Assembly: GCA_030278895.1 (NCBI GenBank)
Contig: JARXKK010000001.1
Span: forward strand, 16,565-80,564
Length of the DNA: 64,000 nt
Reading direction: 5' to 3'
From: Acidobacteriota bacterium
GTDB lineage: Bacteria; Acidobacteriota; Thermoanaerobaculia; UBA5066
Below are positions 9,692 through 19,363 of this stretch, piece by piece. The notes beneath the pieces were generated by a model. The model saw nothing but the letters and a program-made list of their open reading frames with translations, had not been told where the DNA came from and ran no database searches. Each line of letters begins with the position of its first letter. Position 1 is the first letter of the stretch. A program made the translations under genes and the position numbers.

Positions 9692-10210
9692 CTACCTCGG
9701 CTTGTCCTTGACCATCTTGAACGTCGCGCTTCCCATGGGTCTCCCGTCTTCTTTTCCCGCCGGCTCGACGAGGGACATCTCGAGCACGTAGTCCCCGGTC
9801 GGCCAGGCCTTCGAGTCGGCCTTGAAAGAGACGGCCGGCTTGTCCGGCGAGAGCGGCACTTCCTGGCGCGAGACGGGCTTACGGTCCGGGAGCGGGGCCC
9901 ACGTGACGCGCATCTTCGACCCCTGGGGCGCGTTCAGGATCTCGAACGACGTGAAGACCGCTTCTCCCACCGCGAAGACGTGCGCCTCGGCGGCGACGAC
10001 GCCGTCGGCACCCGCCGACGATCCGAGCCGGAACTTCGTGATGACCGTGCCTTTCGGCGCCTCCGCGGCCGGTGCCGGGGTCGCGACGACCGCGACCGGC
10101 TTCTCGGCTGCGCCGGTGGCCTTGGGCGCCTCGGCCTTTTTCCCGCCGCAACCCAGGGAGAGAACGCACAGAGCAACCGGAATGCAGCGCCACTTGTCCC
10201 TCATGGTCAT
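9692..10210 (-). CDS. predicted lipoprotein, first gene of the bc operon
   Basis: Signal peptide with lipobox LSLGC followed by a Pro/Ala-rich linker. It is co-directional and adjacent to the Rieske gene. Confidence 0.5.
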   Translation of the reverse strand: MTMRDKWRCIPVALCVLSLGCGGKKAEAPKATGAAEKPVAVVATPAPAAEAPKGTVITKFRLGSSAGADGVVAAEAHVFAVGEAVFTSFEILNAPQGSKMRVTWAPLPDRKPVSRQEVPLSPDKPAVSFKADSKAWPTGDYVLEMSLVEPAGKEDGRPMGSATFKMVKDKPR

Positions 10211-10260
10211 ACTCCTCGCTCCTCACCGGTATCCTACCAAGCGGAGAGCCCTCCAAGACC

Positions 10261-11154
10261 TTGGCCGCTCCGTATCGCCTCGAAACATGCGCCTGCCCGC
10301 TCTGCGGCGAGAACCCGCCGCCGAAGATCCGTGCTGCGTTCGGGCCGCACCGCGTCGTGGATTGCCCCTCCTGTTCGATGCGCTATCTCACCCCGCGCGT
10401 TCACGAGGGCGACGTGGCCCGTCTCTACGGCGCGCCGGAGTACTGGGAGAGCGGCGGCCCCGAGAGCGGATACTCCTCCTATTCCTCCATGGAGCCCCTT
10501 CTCGTCCGCACGTTCGTCCGGCGCCTCTCGCCTTTTCCGCCGCGCGGGGCCGGCGCCCGTCTCCTCGATGTCGGATGCGGCCCCGGCGCCGGCCTCGAGG
10601 CAGCGCTTTCTCTCGGTTACGAAGCGTGGGGGCTCGACGTGTCCTCCGCCGCGGTCGAGGTCGCGTCCTCTCGCCAACCCGGCCGTGTGCGCCTCGGGAC
10701 CCTCTCGGACCGCCTCTTTCCGCAGGGCTTCTTCGACGTCATCACACTCTTCGACGTGATCGAGCACATCTACGATCTCCGCCAGCTCGCGGTGGACCTC
10801 GCGTGGCACCTCGCGCCGGAGGGGCTCCTCGCGATCGCGACGCCGAACGTGGAGAGCCTCCTCGCGCGGATGACGGGGCGCCGGTGGGTGTCCTACAAGA
10901 TCCCGGAGCACGTTTCGTATTTCTCGCCGCGGACGCTCGCCGCGGCGCTCGCGCCCGGGTTCGAGATCGAGAGCGTTTCTCCGTGCGGCCAGTACGTGTC
11001 GCTGGACTTCCTCCTCGCGCGCGTCGGGGATGCCCTTCCCGCCGGCGGTGGGCTGCTGCGCGCGGCCTCGCGTCTCTTTCGCCCGGGCCGCCCCGCTCTC
11101 TACGCGAATTCCGGATCGATGTTCGTGACGGCGCGCCGGAGCCGGAATTCGTGA
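10261..11154 (+). CDS. class I SAM-dependent methyltransferase with N-terminal Zn-ribbon (CPLCG..CPSC)
   Basis: SAM motif I LLDVGCGPGAG and a downstream acidic motif FDVITLFDVIEH are present. The TTG start was chosen as the first in-frame start after the divergent lipoprotein gene; the start is uncertain. Confidence 0.65.
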   Translation: MAAPYRLETCACPLCGENPPPKIRAAFGPHRVVDCPSCSMRYLTPRVHEGDVARLYGAPEYWESGGPESGYSSYSSMEPLLVRTFVRRLSPFPPRGAGARLLDVGCGPGAGLEAALSLGYEAWGLDVSSAAVEVASSRQPGRVRLGTLSDRLFPQGFFDVITLFDVIEHIYDLRQLAVDLAWHLAPEGLLAIATPNVESLLARMTGRRWVSYKIPEHVSYFSPRTLAAALAPGFEIESVSPCGQYVSLDFLLARVGDALPAGGGLLRAASRLFRPGRPALYANSGSMFVTARRSRNS

Positions 11155-11951
11155 CGGCCGTGACGGTGCCCGACCTCTCCCTCGTCCTGCCGGTTTTCAA
11201 CGCGGCGCTTTTCGTGGAGCGAAGCCTCGCGGAAGCGGCGGAATTTCTCGGCCGGGGAAGCCTCTCGTGGGAGATCATCGCGGTCGACGACGGGAGCACG
11301 GACGACACGGCGGCCCGCCTGGCCGCCCGTTCCGGGGAGAACGTGCGGATCGTCTCCCTGCCCCGCAACCTCGGAAAGTTCGGTGCGCTGAGAGCCGGGA
11401 TGCAGGCGGGCCGGGGGCGATGCCGCGTCTTCACGGACGCCGATCTTCCGTTCGACCTCGATGCGGTTCTGTACATGGCGCGCCTCGTGAACGACCGCGG
11501 GTTTCACGTCGTCACCGGCGACCGCACGCTCATGGGTTCGGACTACCGGCCCCACGTCTCGCGGCGCCGCGACACGGCTTCGGCCGCCTTCTCGTTTCTC
11601 GTGCGCATGCTCGTGACGGGCGGGCTCTTCGACACGCAGTGCGGCCTGAAGGCATTTCGGAGCGACGTCGCCGAGGCGCTCTTCCCCCTCCTCGCGGAGA
11701 ACGGCTTCGCCGGAGACGTCGAGCTGCTCTACGTGGCGCTCAAGTACAACCTCGAGATCAAGCGCGTGCCGGTTCGCCTGCGGCGCTCGGAGCCGACGAC
11801 CGTCCATCTCGGCCTCGACTCCCTGCGCATGCTGGGGCGCATCGCCTCGCTCCGGCAGGCGTGGGACGCGGGCCGCTATCGCTCCCCCGCGCTCGAGCGG
11901 ATCGGGAGGCAGACCTACTGGACCCCGGAGGCGGAAAGGCCGGCGCCCTGA
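11151..11951 (+). CDS. family-2 glycosyltransferase (DPM1/polyprenyl-phosphate sugar synthase-like, soluble)
   Basis: GT-A motifs LSLVLPVFNAA, IAVDDGSTDDT and the DxD motif TDADL are present. The GTG start overlaps the methyltransferase stop (GTGA). Confidence 0.8.
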   Translation: MTAVTVPDLSLVLPVFNAALFVERSLAEAAEFLGRGSLSWEIIAVDDGSTDDTAARLAARSGENVRIVSLPRNLGKFGALRAGMQAGRGRCRVFTDADLPFDLDAVLYMARLVNDRGFHVVTGDRTLMGSDYRPHVSRRRDTASAAFSFLVRMLVTGGLFDTQCGLKAFRSDVAEALFPLLAENGFAGDVELLYVALKYNLEIKRVPVRLRRSEPTTVHLGLDSLRMLGRIASLRQAWDAGRYRSPALERIGRQTYWTPEAERPAP

Positions 11952-11958
11952 ACCTTGC

Positions 11959-14844
11959 CTACCACCGGAGGTAAGCGGGGCGGTCGACGAGAGGGCCCTT
12001 CTCGGACGGTCCAAAGTCTTCCGGCGTGCACGGCGGCCCAACGCCCGCGCCCGGCGGCGGCCGGAGAGCGGACGGAGGAACGATCGAGGATTTCCCTCCC
12101 GGCGGCGTCCAGGTCCATTCGAGTCTCGCGGGTTCGATCGACTCCTTGAACGTCAGCTCCACCGCGTGTTCGCCGACCGAGAGGACGACGTTCGCGTCGA
12201 CGGGCTTGTCGTGCTCTCCCTCGCTCCTGAGAACGGTCCGCCCGTCGAGCTTCAGCTCGGCCGTCCCCGAGGCCAGGAGACCCATCCCGTAAGACCCGGA
12301 GGCCGGTGCGACGAGCGCTCCCGTCCACACGGCGCCGAAGCGTTCGCCCCCGAACTGAAACTCGTCGGAGAGGTTCCACGTCGCGAGCGTGCCGTCGAGC
12401 CGCTCCTGCCGGCGCCCGCTGCGAAACGTGACGACGCCGAAAAGCCCGCCGGGGGGCGCGGCGAGAGGCCTCAGCATCGCGGAGGGGAGCGCGCGGAACG
12501 CCGCCTCTCCTCCCGTGTCCGCCTGCGCCCAGCGCGGAGCCCACCGGAGAAGGGCAGGGTCCCCTTCGCGAGTGGGCGCGCCCTCCAGCTCGACGAAGTG
12601 ATCGCCGCGCGCGAGGCAAAGGGACGCCTCCTTCCCCTTCTCGCCCGCGGAGGTCCGCAGGATCTCGCGGCCATCGATCGCGAGGCGGGCCGGACCGGGG
12701 CCGACGCGGAACGCATAGTTGCCGTAACTGGGGACGCGCATCGCCGCCGTCCACCGGAGCGTCGAGGCGGGAAGGGCCCCCGGGGCAGGATCTCCGGGGC
12801 CGACGACGCGGACCGACGTCCCGTCCGGGAGGTGAACGAGCGCGCCCTGCGTGGCCTGCCACACGGCCCGCGGCACGCGGTAGACGTCGAAAATCCATTG
12901 CCCCGGCGGAAGCGGCACGCGGCGAACGGCTCCGCCCGGATAGAACGTTTCGACGAGCTGCCGATACTCCTCCTGCCCGGGGTAAAAGAGGAATGCGAGA
13001 TCGCGGTTCGCGGGCATCGTCAGGGGAAGGTGAAAGCCCGGAGACAGGACTCCGGCCCGAAGGGAGTCGGGCGCGAGGTGGTAGACCCAGCCGGAATTGA
13101 CCATGTGGAACTGGCCGGCGAGGCTCACGACCCAGGCGTCCTGGCCCTCGCGTGCGATCGCGCCCCCCTCGATGCGCGGGTACGGCCACGGGTCGAGCTT
13201 CGCGTACTCTCCGAAATAGAAGACCAGCTCCCGCGCCGCGAGCGCGAGCGCGACCGCCGCCACGAGCCCGGCGACGGCGACGCGGCCACCGCGCCTCGTA
13301 AGCGGCGCCGCGAAACGGCGCGCCCCGTCGTCCAGTACGAGCGCGGCGAAGATCGCGAGAACGGGCACGGCCGTCGCCATGCGGTGGAGGTTCGGCGTCT
13401 CGACGGTGACGATGACGCCGACGAAGCCGGTCCAGAACCATGCCGTGAGAAGAGCGAGTCTCGGATCCCGGATGCGCCAGAGGCTCGCGAAGAGCCCGGT
13501 GACCGCCAGCGCCGAAAGGACGGGCGGCAGGATCGGCTTTCCCGTGGGCCAGAAGTAGTTGCCGTCCGGAAAGCGGTTGAATATCCCGATGGACCGCTCG
13601 ACCTGTGCGAGAAGAACGCGGGGCATCGGCCACTCGCGGTGGATGTACGGCAGGCGCGACAGGTTCGAAGGGACGAAGATGCTCGTCTCCCGGGCGCGAA
13701 CGACGAACCAGTCCGGGTTGACGTAGGCCCGATAGAGAAAGGGCGCGCCGATGACGAGCGCCGCGAGCGCTGCGAGAAGCGCGCCGAGGAAGATCTTCGC
13801 GCGGACGCCGCGGGGTGCGGTCGCGAGAAGACCGACCACGAAAAGGAGGGCGAAGACGCTCCACAGGCGTCCTGTCGGGTAGAAGTAGAGCGAGAAGCCT
13901 CCCGCGAGCCCCGAAAGGATCCAGGCCCACGCGCGCCCTCCGCGCGCCGCTTCGAGAAACAGAAGGGCGCTCGCCGTCCAGAGCGTCGCCGTGGGGCCGG
14001 CACAGGTCGTCTCCCGCGAAAACTGCAGGGCCGGCCCGAGTGTCGCGACGAGGAGTCCGGCGAGAAGCCCGGCACGGCGGCCGAAATGCCGGACGCCGAG
14101 GGTGAGAACGACGACGACCGTGACGATTCCACAGAGCGCCCCGAACGTCCGCGCCCCGGCCACGGTCGCGCCCGCCACACCCATGACCGCGGCGAGAAGC
14201 CGGAAGTAGACGATCGAGATGTGGTACCAGCCGACTCCGAAGAGAGGAGACGTGTTGTGGCCGCGCAGAATCGAGAGCGCCACGGCCGCCTGGTCGCCCT
14301 CGTCCGCGTTGATGCCGAAGGGGATCCTGTCGAGCGCCGGAAGACGGGTCGCGGCCGCGAGGCAGAGGATCAGGACCACCGCGAGCGCGAAGAGGCCGCG
14401 GCGCGGCAGGCTCCCGAGAGGGGGCGCGGCGTCCCAGCGCGGAGAGAAGGCCGTGAGCGGGCTCCCGAGAAAACCCGCCGCGGCCACGAGAAGGATGGCC
14501 GCCATCCACGGGGCCTCGCCCCCCGTTTCGTTTCCCCCGGCGTAGAGCCTCAGACACCAGACGATCGACGCGATCGCTCCCGCCAGGGCGGCCGCGAAAG
14601 CGAGGGGCCGGCCCCAGCCCTTTCGGCGCGCGGGCGGCGCGGACGCGGGGGGTGCCGGCTTCGGCCACGCGCCCCACGCGAAGATTCCCGACGCGACGAG
14701 CTCGGCGCCGATTCCTGCCCACGGGGCGCGACCCGTCCGGATCAGCTCTTCGCCGAGAAGGGCGAGGCCGACGGCGACGAGCGCCAGCGTCCGGAGCGGC
14801 GCCCAGCCGGCCTTGACCGGTTCGAGCGGCGCGTCCGGGCTCAC
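11959..14844 (-). CDS. GT-C fold glycosyltransferase, family 39/83 (PMT/ArnT-like), with C-terminal PA14-like lectin domains
   Basis: The multi-TM N-terminal half has the DE loop motif (FGINADEGDQAAV). The C-terminal ~400 aa is soluble and beta-rich, with repeated PA14-like segments. The GTG start overlaps the upstream gene stop (GTGA). Confidence 0.65.
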   Translation of the reverse strand: MSPDAPLEPVKAGWAPLRTLALVAVGLALLGEELIRTGRAPWAGIGAELVASGIFAWGAWPKPAPPASAPPARRKGWGRPLAFAAALAGAIASIVWCLRLYAGGNETGGEAPWMAAILLVAAAGFLGSPLTAFSPRWDAAPPLGSLPRRGLFALAVVLILCLAAATRLPALDRIPFGINADEGDQAAVALSILRGHNTSPLFGVGWYHISIVYFRLLAAVMGVAGATVAGARTFGALCGIVTVVVVLTLGVRHFGRRAGLLAGLLVATLGPALQFSRETTCAGPTATLWTASALLFLEAARGGRAWAWILSGLAGGFSLYFYPTGRLWSVFALLFVVGLLATAPRGVRAKIFLGALLAALAALVIGAPFLYRAYVNPDWFVVRARETSIFVPSNLSRLPYIHREWPMPRVLLAQVERSIGIFNRFPDGNYFWPTGKPILPPVLSALAVTGLFASLWRIRDPRLALLTAWFWTGFVGVIVTVETPNLHRMATAVPVLAIFAALVLDDGARRFAAPLTRRGGRVAVAGLVAAVALALAARELVFYFGEYAKLDPWPYPRIEGGAIAREGQDAWVVSLAGQFHMVNSGWVYHLAPDSLRAGVLSPGFHLPLTMPANRDLAFLFYPGQEEYRQLVETFYPGGAVRRVPLPPGQWIFDVYRVPRAVWQATQGALVHLPDGTSVRVVGPGDPAPGALPASTLRWTAAMRVPSYGNYAFRVGPGPARLAIDGREILRTSAGEKGKEASLCLARGDHFVELEGAPTREGDPALLRWAPRWAQADTGGEAAFRALPSAMLRPLAAPPGGLFGVVTFRSGRRQERLDGTLATWNLSDEFQFGGERFGAVWTGALVAPASGSYGMGLLASGTAELKLDGRTVLRSEGEHDKPVDANVVLSVGEHAVELTFKESIEPARLEWTWTPPGGKSSIVPPSALRPPPGAGVGPPCTPEDFGPSEKGPLVDRPAYLRW

Positions 14845-17800
14845 GGCGCCTCGCCGGGAGTCAGCTCGTGGATCGCCGACGTGGATTCGTCGAGAACGAA
14901 GAGCGCCTGCGGCGCGTGCGAAAAGCGATACGGCGACGCGAGATCCTTGCGGCTGAGGCCGCTCGCCGCATGCGCCGGCATCAACCGCGTGCCCTGAACG
15001 TCGACGATGATCGGCGCCTCGTCGGGATTGTAGGGGACCAGAAGCCGCGGTCCGTCGAACGCGGCGCCGCGGAGATATTCGGGATGAGGCTCGCGCGCGA
15101 AAGCCAGCCTGAATCGGCCTTCGGGCACGAGAACGACCGGATCGCCGCCGAAGCGGAACAGATGCACGCCGCCGGCTTGCTCGACCACCGCGAGCCTGTC
15201 CCCCTCGAACGTCACGGCGATCGGCAGCTCGAACGTCCCACGCATCTCCCCTTCCGGTCCCCAGACGCTCTCGACCCGCCCGTCCGCGCGGAAGATGTGG
15301 AGAAAACTCCCGGTCGGAACGGCGAGGCGACCGCCCGGAAGACGCGCCGCGTGGGAGCCCGTGAGGCCGCCCGGAAGCTCCCAGCGCGCCTGGAGCGCGA
15401 GGTCCTTGTCGTAGCGCTCGAAAACCCGGAGCGAAAAAGCGGTGCATCCGCCGTCGGGTTCGACGAGAAGCGTCCCCGTGCTCGCGTCGCGCGGCAGGTC
15501 CGCGCGCACGCGCTTCGTCTCGATCCCGTCGCGCCCGAATCGGCGGATCTCCCACGTCTGGTCGCGGAGGAAAAGCGCGTAGAGGCGCCCCTCCCGGTCC
15601 ACGCCGAAATCCGAGATCCGGTGCGGCGGGCGCAGAACCTCCCGCGCGCGAGGCCAGCCCGCGAACGAGACCGGCTCGACGCCTCGCGTCTCGGGAACGA
15701 GGGCAAGAGCGGGCGCCGTCAATGCAGGCGCGAACGTTCCGTCGGCGCCCGAGACCGCGAGCAGCGGCCGGGTCCGCGAGGCGCAGCCGGCAGGCCCCGA
15801 GATCTCGAAGGGAAAGATGCCCGGGAGAAGCGGCCGCTCCTCTTCGCCATCCCAGCGCGCGGCACCGGCCGCGATGCGGGCGCCCGGACAGGGTGGGTCG
15901 AGGAGGAGCCGGTACCAGCCCGGCTTCGGTACCAGGAAGCCGCCGCGCAGGCCGGCCGGCGACATCTCGGGTGTCGTGGCGCGATGGAGCGCTTCGGGTT
16001 TCACCTCGAAGGTCATGAGCCGCTCCACCATGAGAGGCCAGTCGCGCTCCAGGACACGCGCCGCGGGGTCGATCGCGGGAAGAACGGACATGGCCAGCCG
16101 GGCGGACGGCACGTCGCGAAAGAGATACGCGACACGTGACACGCGAAGGGCGCTGCGCCGGGCCTCGATCTCGGCAGCCGCCATCGTCAGGGCGTAGACC
16201 TCCTCGCGGAAATCGCACGCGGGCCGCAGGAGCGACAGCAATTCGTCGCCCCGGTCGACGAACTGCATGCACGGCCCGGCCGGCGACAGCAGCCGGTCGA
16301 GAAAACCGAACTCGAGCGTCTTGCCGTGCCGGTAGAAGAGGTTGTGCAGGACGACGTCGTTCTTCTCGACGAGCGGGCGGGCGAAACGGATCTGCTCGTC
16401 CCGCACGATCGGAAGGGCGGGCAGCAGCAGATTCGAGGCGAGGCCCGAGGCCGAGATGCCCGCGAGAGCCAGGCCCGCGCTCGCCATCGCGAGGTTGCCC
16501 GCGAGGCGGCCGCCCGCCTCCCGCGCGAGACGAACCCAGGCCGTCACGACGAGAGCGGCGAGGAGGAGGATCGGAACGAAGATGACCGAGAGCCGCCGCG
16601 CGTCGGGCTCATCGGAAAGGACCCCGGGCAGGAGGCCGAGGCCGAGCCAGAAGAGAACGAGCGCGGATCGTCGCTCCGCAATCTGGCCGAGGAGATAGCC
16701 GAGGCCGACGGCCGCGAGGATCGTCAGCCCCACGCAAACCATCGGATCGCGCCCCGGCGCGACCGTGAAGCGCTCGTACCAGTGCGTCGCATATGCCTGG
16801 TGGGACGTCAGAGCCACGCCCACGCTCGCGAGGTTCCCGGCGACGCGCGCGGCCTGTCCCCGCAGGACTTCCACGAGAGGCGCGGTCGAGGAAAACCCCG
16901 CCCGCCACGCGGGCTCACCGCGCACCCGCGCCGGGTCGACGAACCCTCTTTCGCCCCCCGCGGCGGCGACGGCGATCGATACGCTCACGCCCCAGATCGC
17001 GATGCCGAGCAGCAGAACCGGCAGCGCGACGAGCGCACGGCGCGCGACTCCTTTCGCGAACAGAACGGCGTGCCCCGCGAGAAGAGCCGGGTACACGAAG
17101 AGGACGTGACCGGCCGTGTAAAAGAAGCGGCAGAGCGGTGTCAGGCAGGCGGCCAGCAGGACCGGCGCGATTCCGAAGCGAGCGATCATCGACAGGCCGA
17201 CGTGGGCGAAGAGGAGGCCGAGGGCGGCAACCGGCGCGAAGACCGACACCTCGCTTCGCGACCAGAAAAGCTGCTCGGGCGCGCAGACGAAAAGGAGAGT
17301 CGCCCCGAACGCCGGGAGCGCGCCCCCCGAGAGGCGTCGGACGAGACCCCAGAAAAGGGGCACGGCGGCAAGACCCCAGAGGAGAGCCGTGACGCGCGTC
17401 GCATAGAGCGACACGCCGAGCGCGGCGAACACGAGCCGGTTCGTCAGCGGCGTCGCGAGGCCGTTGCTCGTCCCGACGAACTCCGTCGCCGTGAACTGAC
17501 GGAGGCCGTGCGCGGTCCGGCTCTGCGTTTGCACGGAGATCATCTCCTCGTCGAAGTTCGACGGAAGCTGGTTGATGGCCCAGGCCCGCGTGAGGAGGGC
17601 AAGGAGAAACAGCGCGAGGAGACCCAGGGACTCGGTCCAGCCCGGCAGCGCCCCGCTCCGGGAGGGCTCCGGGGAGAGATCCGGAGGAAGCGCGGGAAAC
17701 CCCGGCGTCTTCGCGAGCGGCTGGATCCGTGCGGCGGCGGCCGCCGTCAGCACCGCGGCCGCGAAGAGAAGGAAGCCGGCGGGCCGCACGTCGCGGAGAA

Positions 17801-18137
17801 GGAGGATTTCCCCCCACACCGCGGCGACGGCCGCCGCGGAGAGGAGCGCCGCCGGAAGGCCGCGCCGGATCCCACGCGCGCACGCGGCCGCCGCGGTCGC
17901 CGCGACGAGCAGCGTCGCGAAGAGCGCCACGCCCGCGCGATGTTCGAAGAGCCAGCCGAGAGCCACGGCCGCCCCCGCCCGGAATCCGAACGCGAGAGGA
18001 TCGAGCGCGGACAGGACGCGGTCACCCCGCGCGGCTTCGCTTCGCCCGAGAAGAAGGGCGGCGAGAAGCAGGACGAACGCGGCGGCCCCCGCCGCGAGGA
18101 GCGGCAGCGCATCGCGAGACGCTCTTCCACGTCCCAT
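14841..18137 (-). CDS. GT-C fold glycosyltransferase, family 39-like (PMT/ArnT-like), with large C-terminal beta-propeller-like domain
   Basis: More than 12 TM helices and the DE motif (NQLPSNFDEEMISV). It is a paralog of the downstream gene. The 500-aa C-terminal extension is soluble and beta-rich. Confidence 0.65.
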   Translation of the reverse strand: MGRGRASRDALPLLAAGAAAFVLLLAALLLGRSEAARGDRVLSALDPLAFGFRAGAAVALGWLFEHRAGVALFATLLVAATAAAACARGIRRGLPAALLSAAAVAAVWGEILLLRDVRPAGFLLFAAAVLTAAAAARIQPLAKTPGFPALPPDLSPEPSRSGALPGWTESLGLLALFLLALLTRAWAINQLPSNFDEEMISVQTQSRTAHGLRQFTATEFVGTSNGLATPLTNRLVFAALGVSLYATRVTALLWGLAAVPLFWGLVRRLSGGALPAFGATLLFVCAPEQLFWSRSEVSVFAPVAALGLLFAHVGLSMIARFGIAPVLLAACLTPLCRFFYTAGHVLFVYPALLAGHAVLFAKGVARRALVALPVLLLGIAIWGVSVSIAVAAAGGERGFVDPARVRGEPAWRAGFSSTAPLVEVLRGQAARVAGNLASVGVALTSHQAYATHWYERFTVAPGRDPMVCVGLTILAAVGLGYLLGQIAERRSALVLFWLGLGLLPGVLSDEPDARRLSVIFVPILLLAALVVTAWVRLAREAGGRLAGNLAMASAGLALAGISASGLASNLLLPALPIVRDEQIRFARPLVEKNDVVLHNLFYRHGKTLEFGFLDRLLSPAGPCMQFVDRGDELLSLLRPACDFREEVYALTMAAAEIEARRSALRVSRVAYLFRDVPSARLAMSVLPAIDPAARVLERDWPLMVERLMTFEVKPEALHRATTPEMSPAGLRGGFLVPKPGWYRLLLDPPCPGARIAAGAARWDGEEERPLLPGIFPFEISGPAGCASRTRPLLAVSGADGTFAPALTAPALALVPETRGVEPVSFAGWPRAREVLRPPHRISDFGVDREGRLYALFLRDQTWEIRRFGRDGIETKRVRADLPRDASTGTLLVEPDGGCTAFSLRVFERYDKDLALQARWELPGGLTGSHAARLPGGRLAVPTGSFLHIFRADGRVESVWGPEGEMRGTFELPIAVTFEGDRLAVVEQAGGVHLFRFGGDPVVLVPEGRFRLAFAREPHPEYLRGAAFDGPRLLVPYNPDEAPIIVDVQGTRLMPAHAASGLSRKDLASPYRFSHAPQALFVLDESTSAIHELTPGEAP

Positions 18138-18140
18138 GCG

Positions 18141-19340
18141 CTAGCGGCCCGAGGGGGGAATCAGTTTTTTCGAGTCCAGGAATTCCACCGTCTGCTTCGC
18201 GAGGGCCGCGTAGCCATTCGGCCTGTAGTGGCAGTGATCGTAAAAGAGCCTCTCGTGGTTGGCCTGCCACGCCCGCCGCAGGAAGGGAAGCGGGTCGTCG
18301 AACGGAACATCCAGCCGTGCGCACATCCGGAGGCAGCTCTCCTGCGGCTCGAAGTTCTCGACCGTCCCCATCACCTGGATGTGCACGGGGAAGAGCACGA
18401 CGGCGAGGCGCGCCCCCTGCGCGTTCACGGCGTCGCGCAACGCCGCGGTGATCGCTTCGATGATCGTCCACGCCTTCGGGTTCCAGCCGAGGCCGAAATC
18501 CATGTACGCGTTGTAGATCTCGAAGTCGAATCCGTCGCGCGCCCCCATCATGTCGCCGCTTTTCAGATTCCGCCCCGCGCGAAACGTCTCGCGCCAGGCC
18601 GGATCGATCTCTCCCGGAAACGCGTTTCGGAAGAAGCGCGAGTCGAGGATCTGGAAGCGGTCCGAAAGCCAGCTCAGGAATCGGCTCTTCGCCCACGGGT
18701 CCGGAAGTTTCTTCGTGAAGAAGAGGCTTCCCGACTGCGCGTCGTTGAGATACATCCCCACGAGGACGAGATCGGGCTTCACGTGCTCCCCGATCTCCCG
18801 GAAGAGCGCGAGCTCCTCCGCCGTGCCGGCACCGGGCAGGCCCGCATTGACGAATCGGATCGTCTTCTTCCGCCCTTCGGTCAGGGATTCCATCTGCCGG
18901 GTCCACGTCTCGCTCTCCAGGACGAAGTCCCCGAACGTGATCGAGTCCCCGAGCACGAGCACGCGGAACTCGCCTTCGGGCTTCGGACCGAGCTCGGCGT
19001 ACCGAAGCCCCAGAGAGTTGACCTCGATGACGATGTCGCGTCCGCTCAGGACGTGATTGTGAATTTCGCCGCGCGTGTTCGGGCGAAGCCTGACGCCGTG
19101 AGGCCCGCCGAAGAGAACGACGGAGTCGATCGACTTCTCCGCCTTCGTGTCGAGCCGCTCGAAGCCGGACGGCGCCTCGTACTTTTCCTCCTTCTGGAGG
19201 ACTTTCACGGTCTGGGGCGCCGGGAGAAGGAGGCGCGCGCCGACCTCGCAAAGGGCGAGCGCCACGAATGTCGAGACGAGCAAAACGGCGAGGTTCAAGG
19301 CGAGCCTGCGCCTGCTCGACCCGAAAGTTGTGTCGTACAC
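18141..19340 (-). CDS. SGNH/GDSL-family hydrolase, membrane-anchored (possible sugar O-acyl esterase/transferase)
   Basis: N-terminal TM helix and the GDSx block VLVLGDSITFGD are present. The catalytic DxxH is near the C-terminus (FYDHCHYRPNGY). Confidence 0.75.
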   Translation of the reverse strand: MYDTTFGSSRRRLALNLAVLLVSTFVALALCEVGARLLLPAPQTVKVLQKEEKYEAPSGFERLDTKAEKSIDSVVLFGGPHGVRLRPNTRGEIHNHVLSGRDIVIEVNSLGLRYAELGPKPEGEFRVLVLGDSITFGDFVLESETWTRQMESLTEGRKKTIRFVNAGLPGAGTAEELALFREIGEHVKPDLVLVGMYLNDAQSGSLFFTKKLPDPWAKSRFLSWLSDRFQILDSRFFRNAFPGEIDPAWRETFRAGRNLKSGDMMGARDGFDFEIYNAYMDFGLGWNPKAWTIIEAITAALRDAVNAQGARLAVVLFPVHIQVMGTVENFEPQESCLRMCARLDVPFDDPLPFLRRAWQANHERLFYDHCHYRPNGYAALAKQTVEFLDSKKLIPPSGR

Positions 19341-19363
19341 TTGCTGCCACTATCTTAAGCGAA

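Noticed and set aside
11915-14722. 935-aa minus-strand ORF and 943-aa plus-strand ORF (12166..14997) across the GT39-PA14 gene
   Set aside because: R/G/P-rich alternate-frame products with no TM pattern. The GT-C frame has coherent TM helices and the DE motif.
16326-19358. 1010-aa plus-strand ORF antisense to the GT39 and SGNH genes
   Set aside because: Highly charged (R/E/D) low-complexity translation; antisense artefact.
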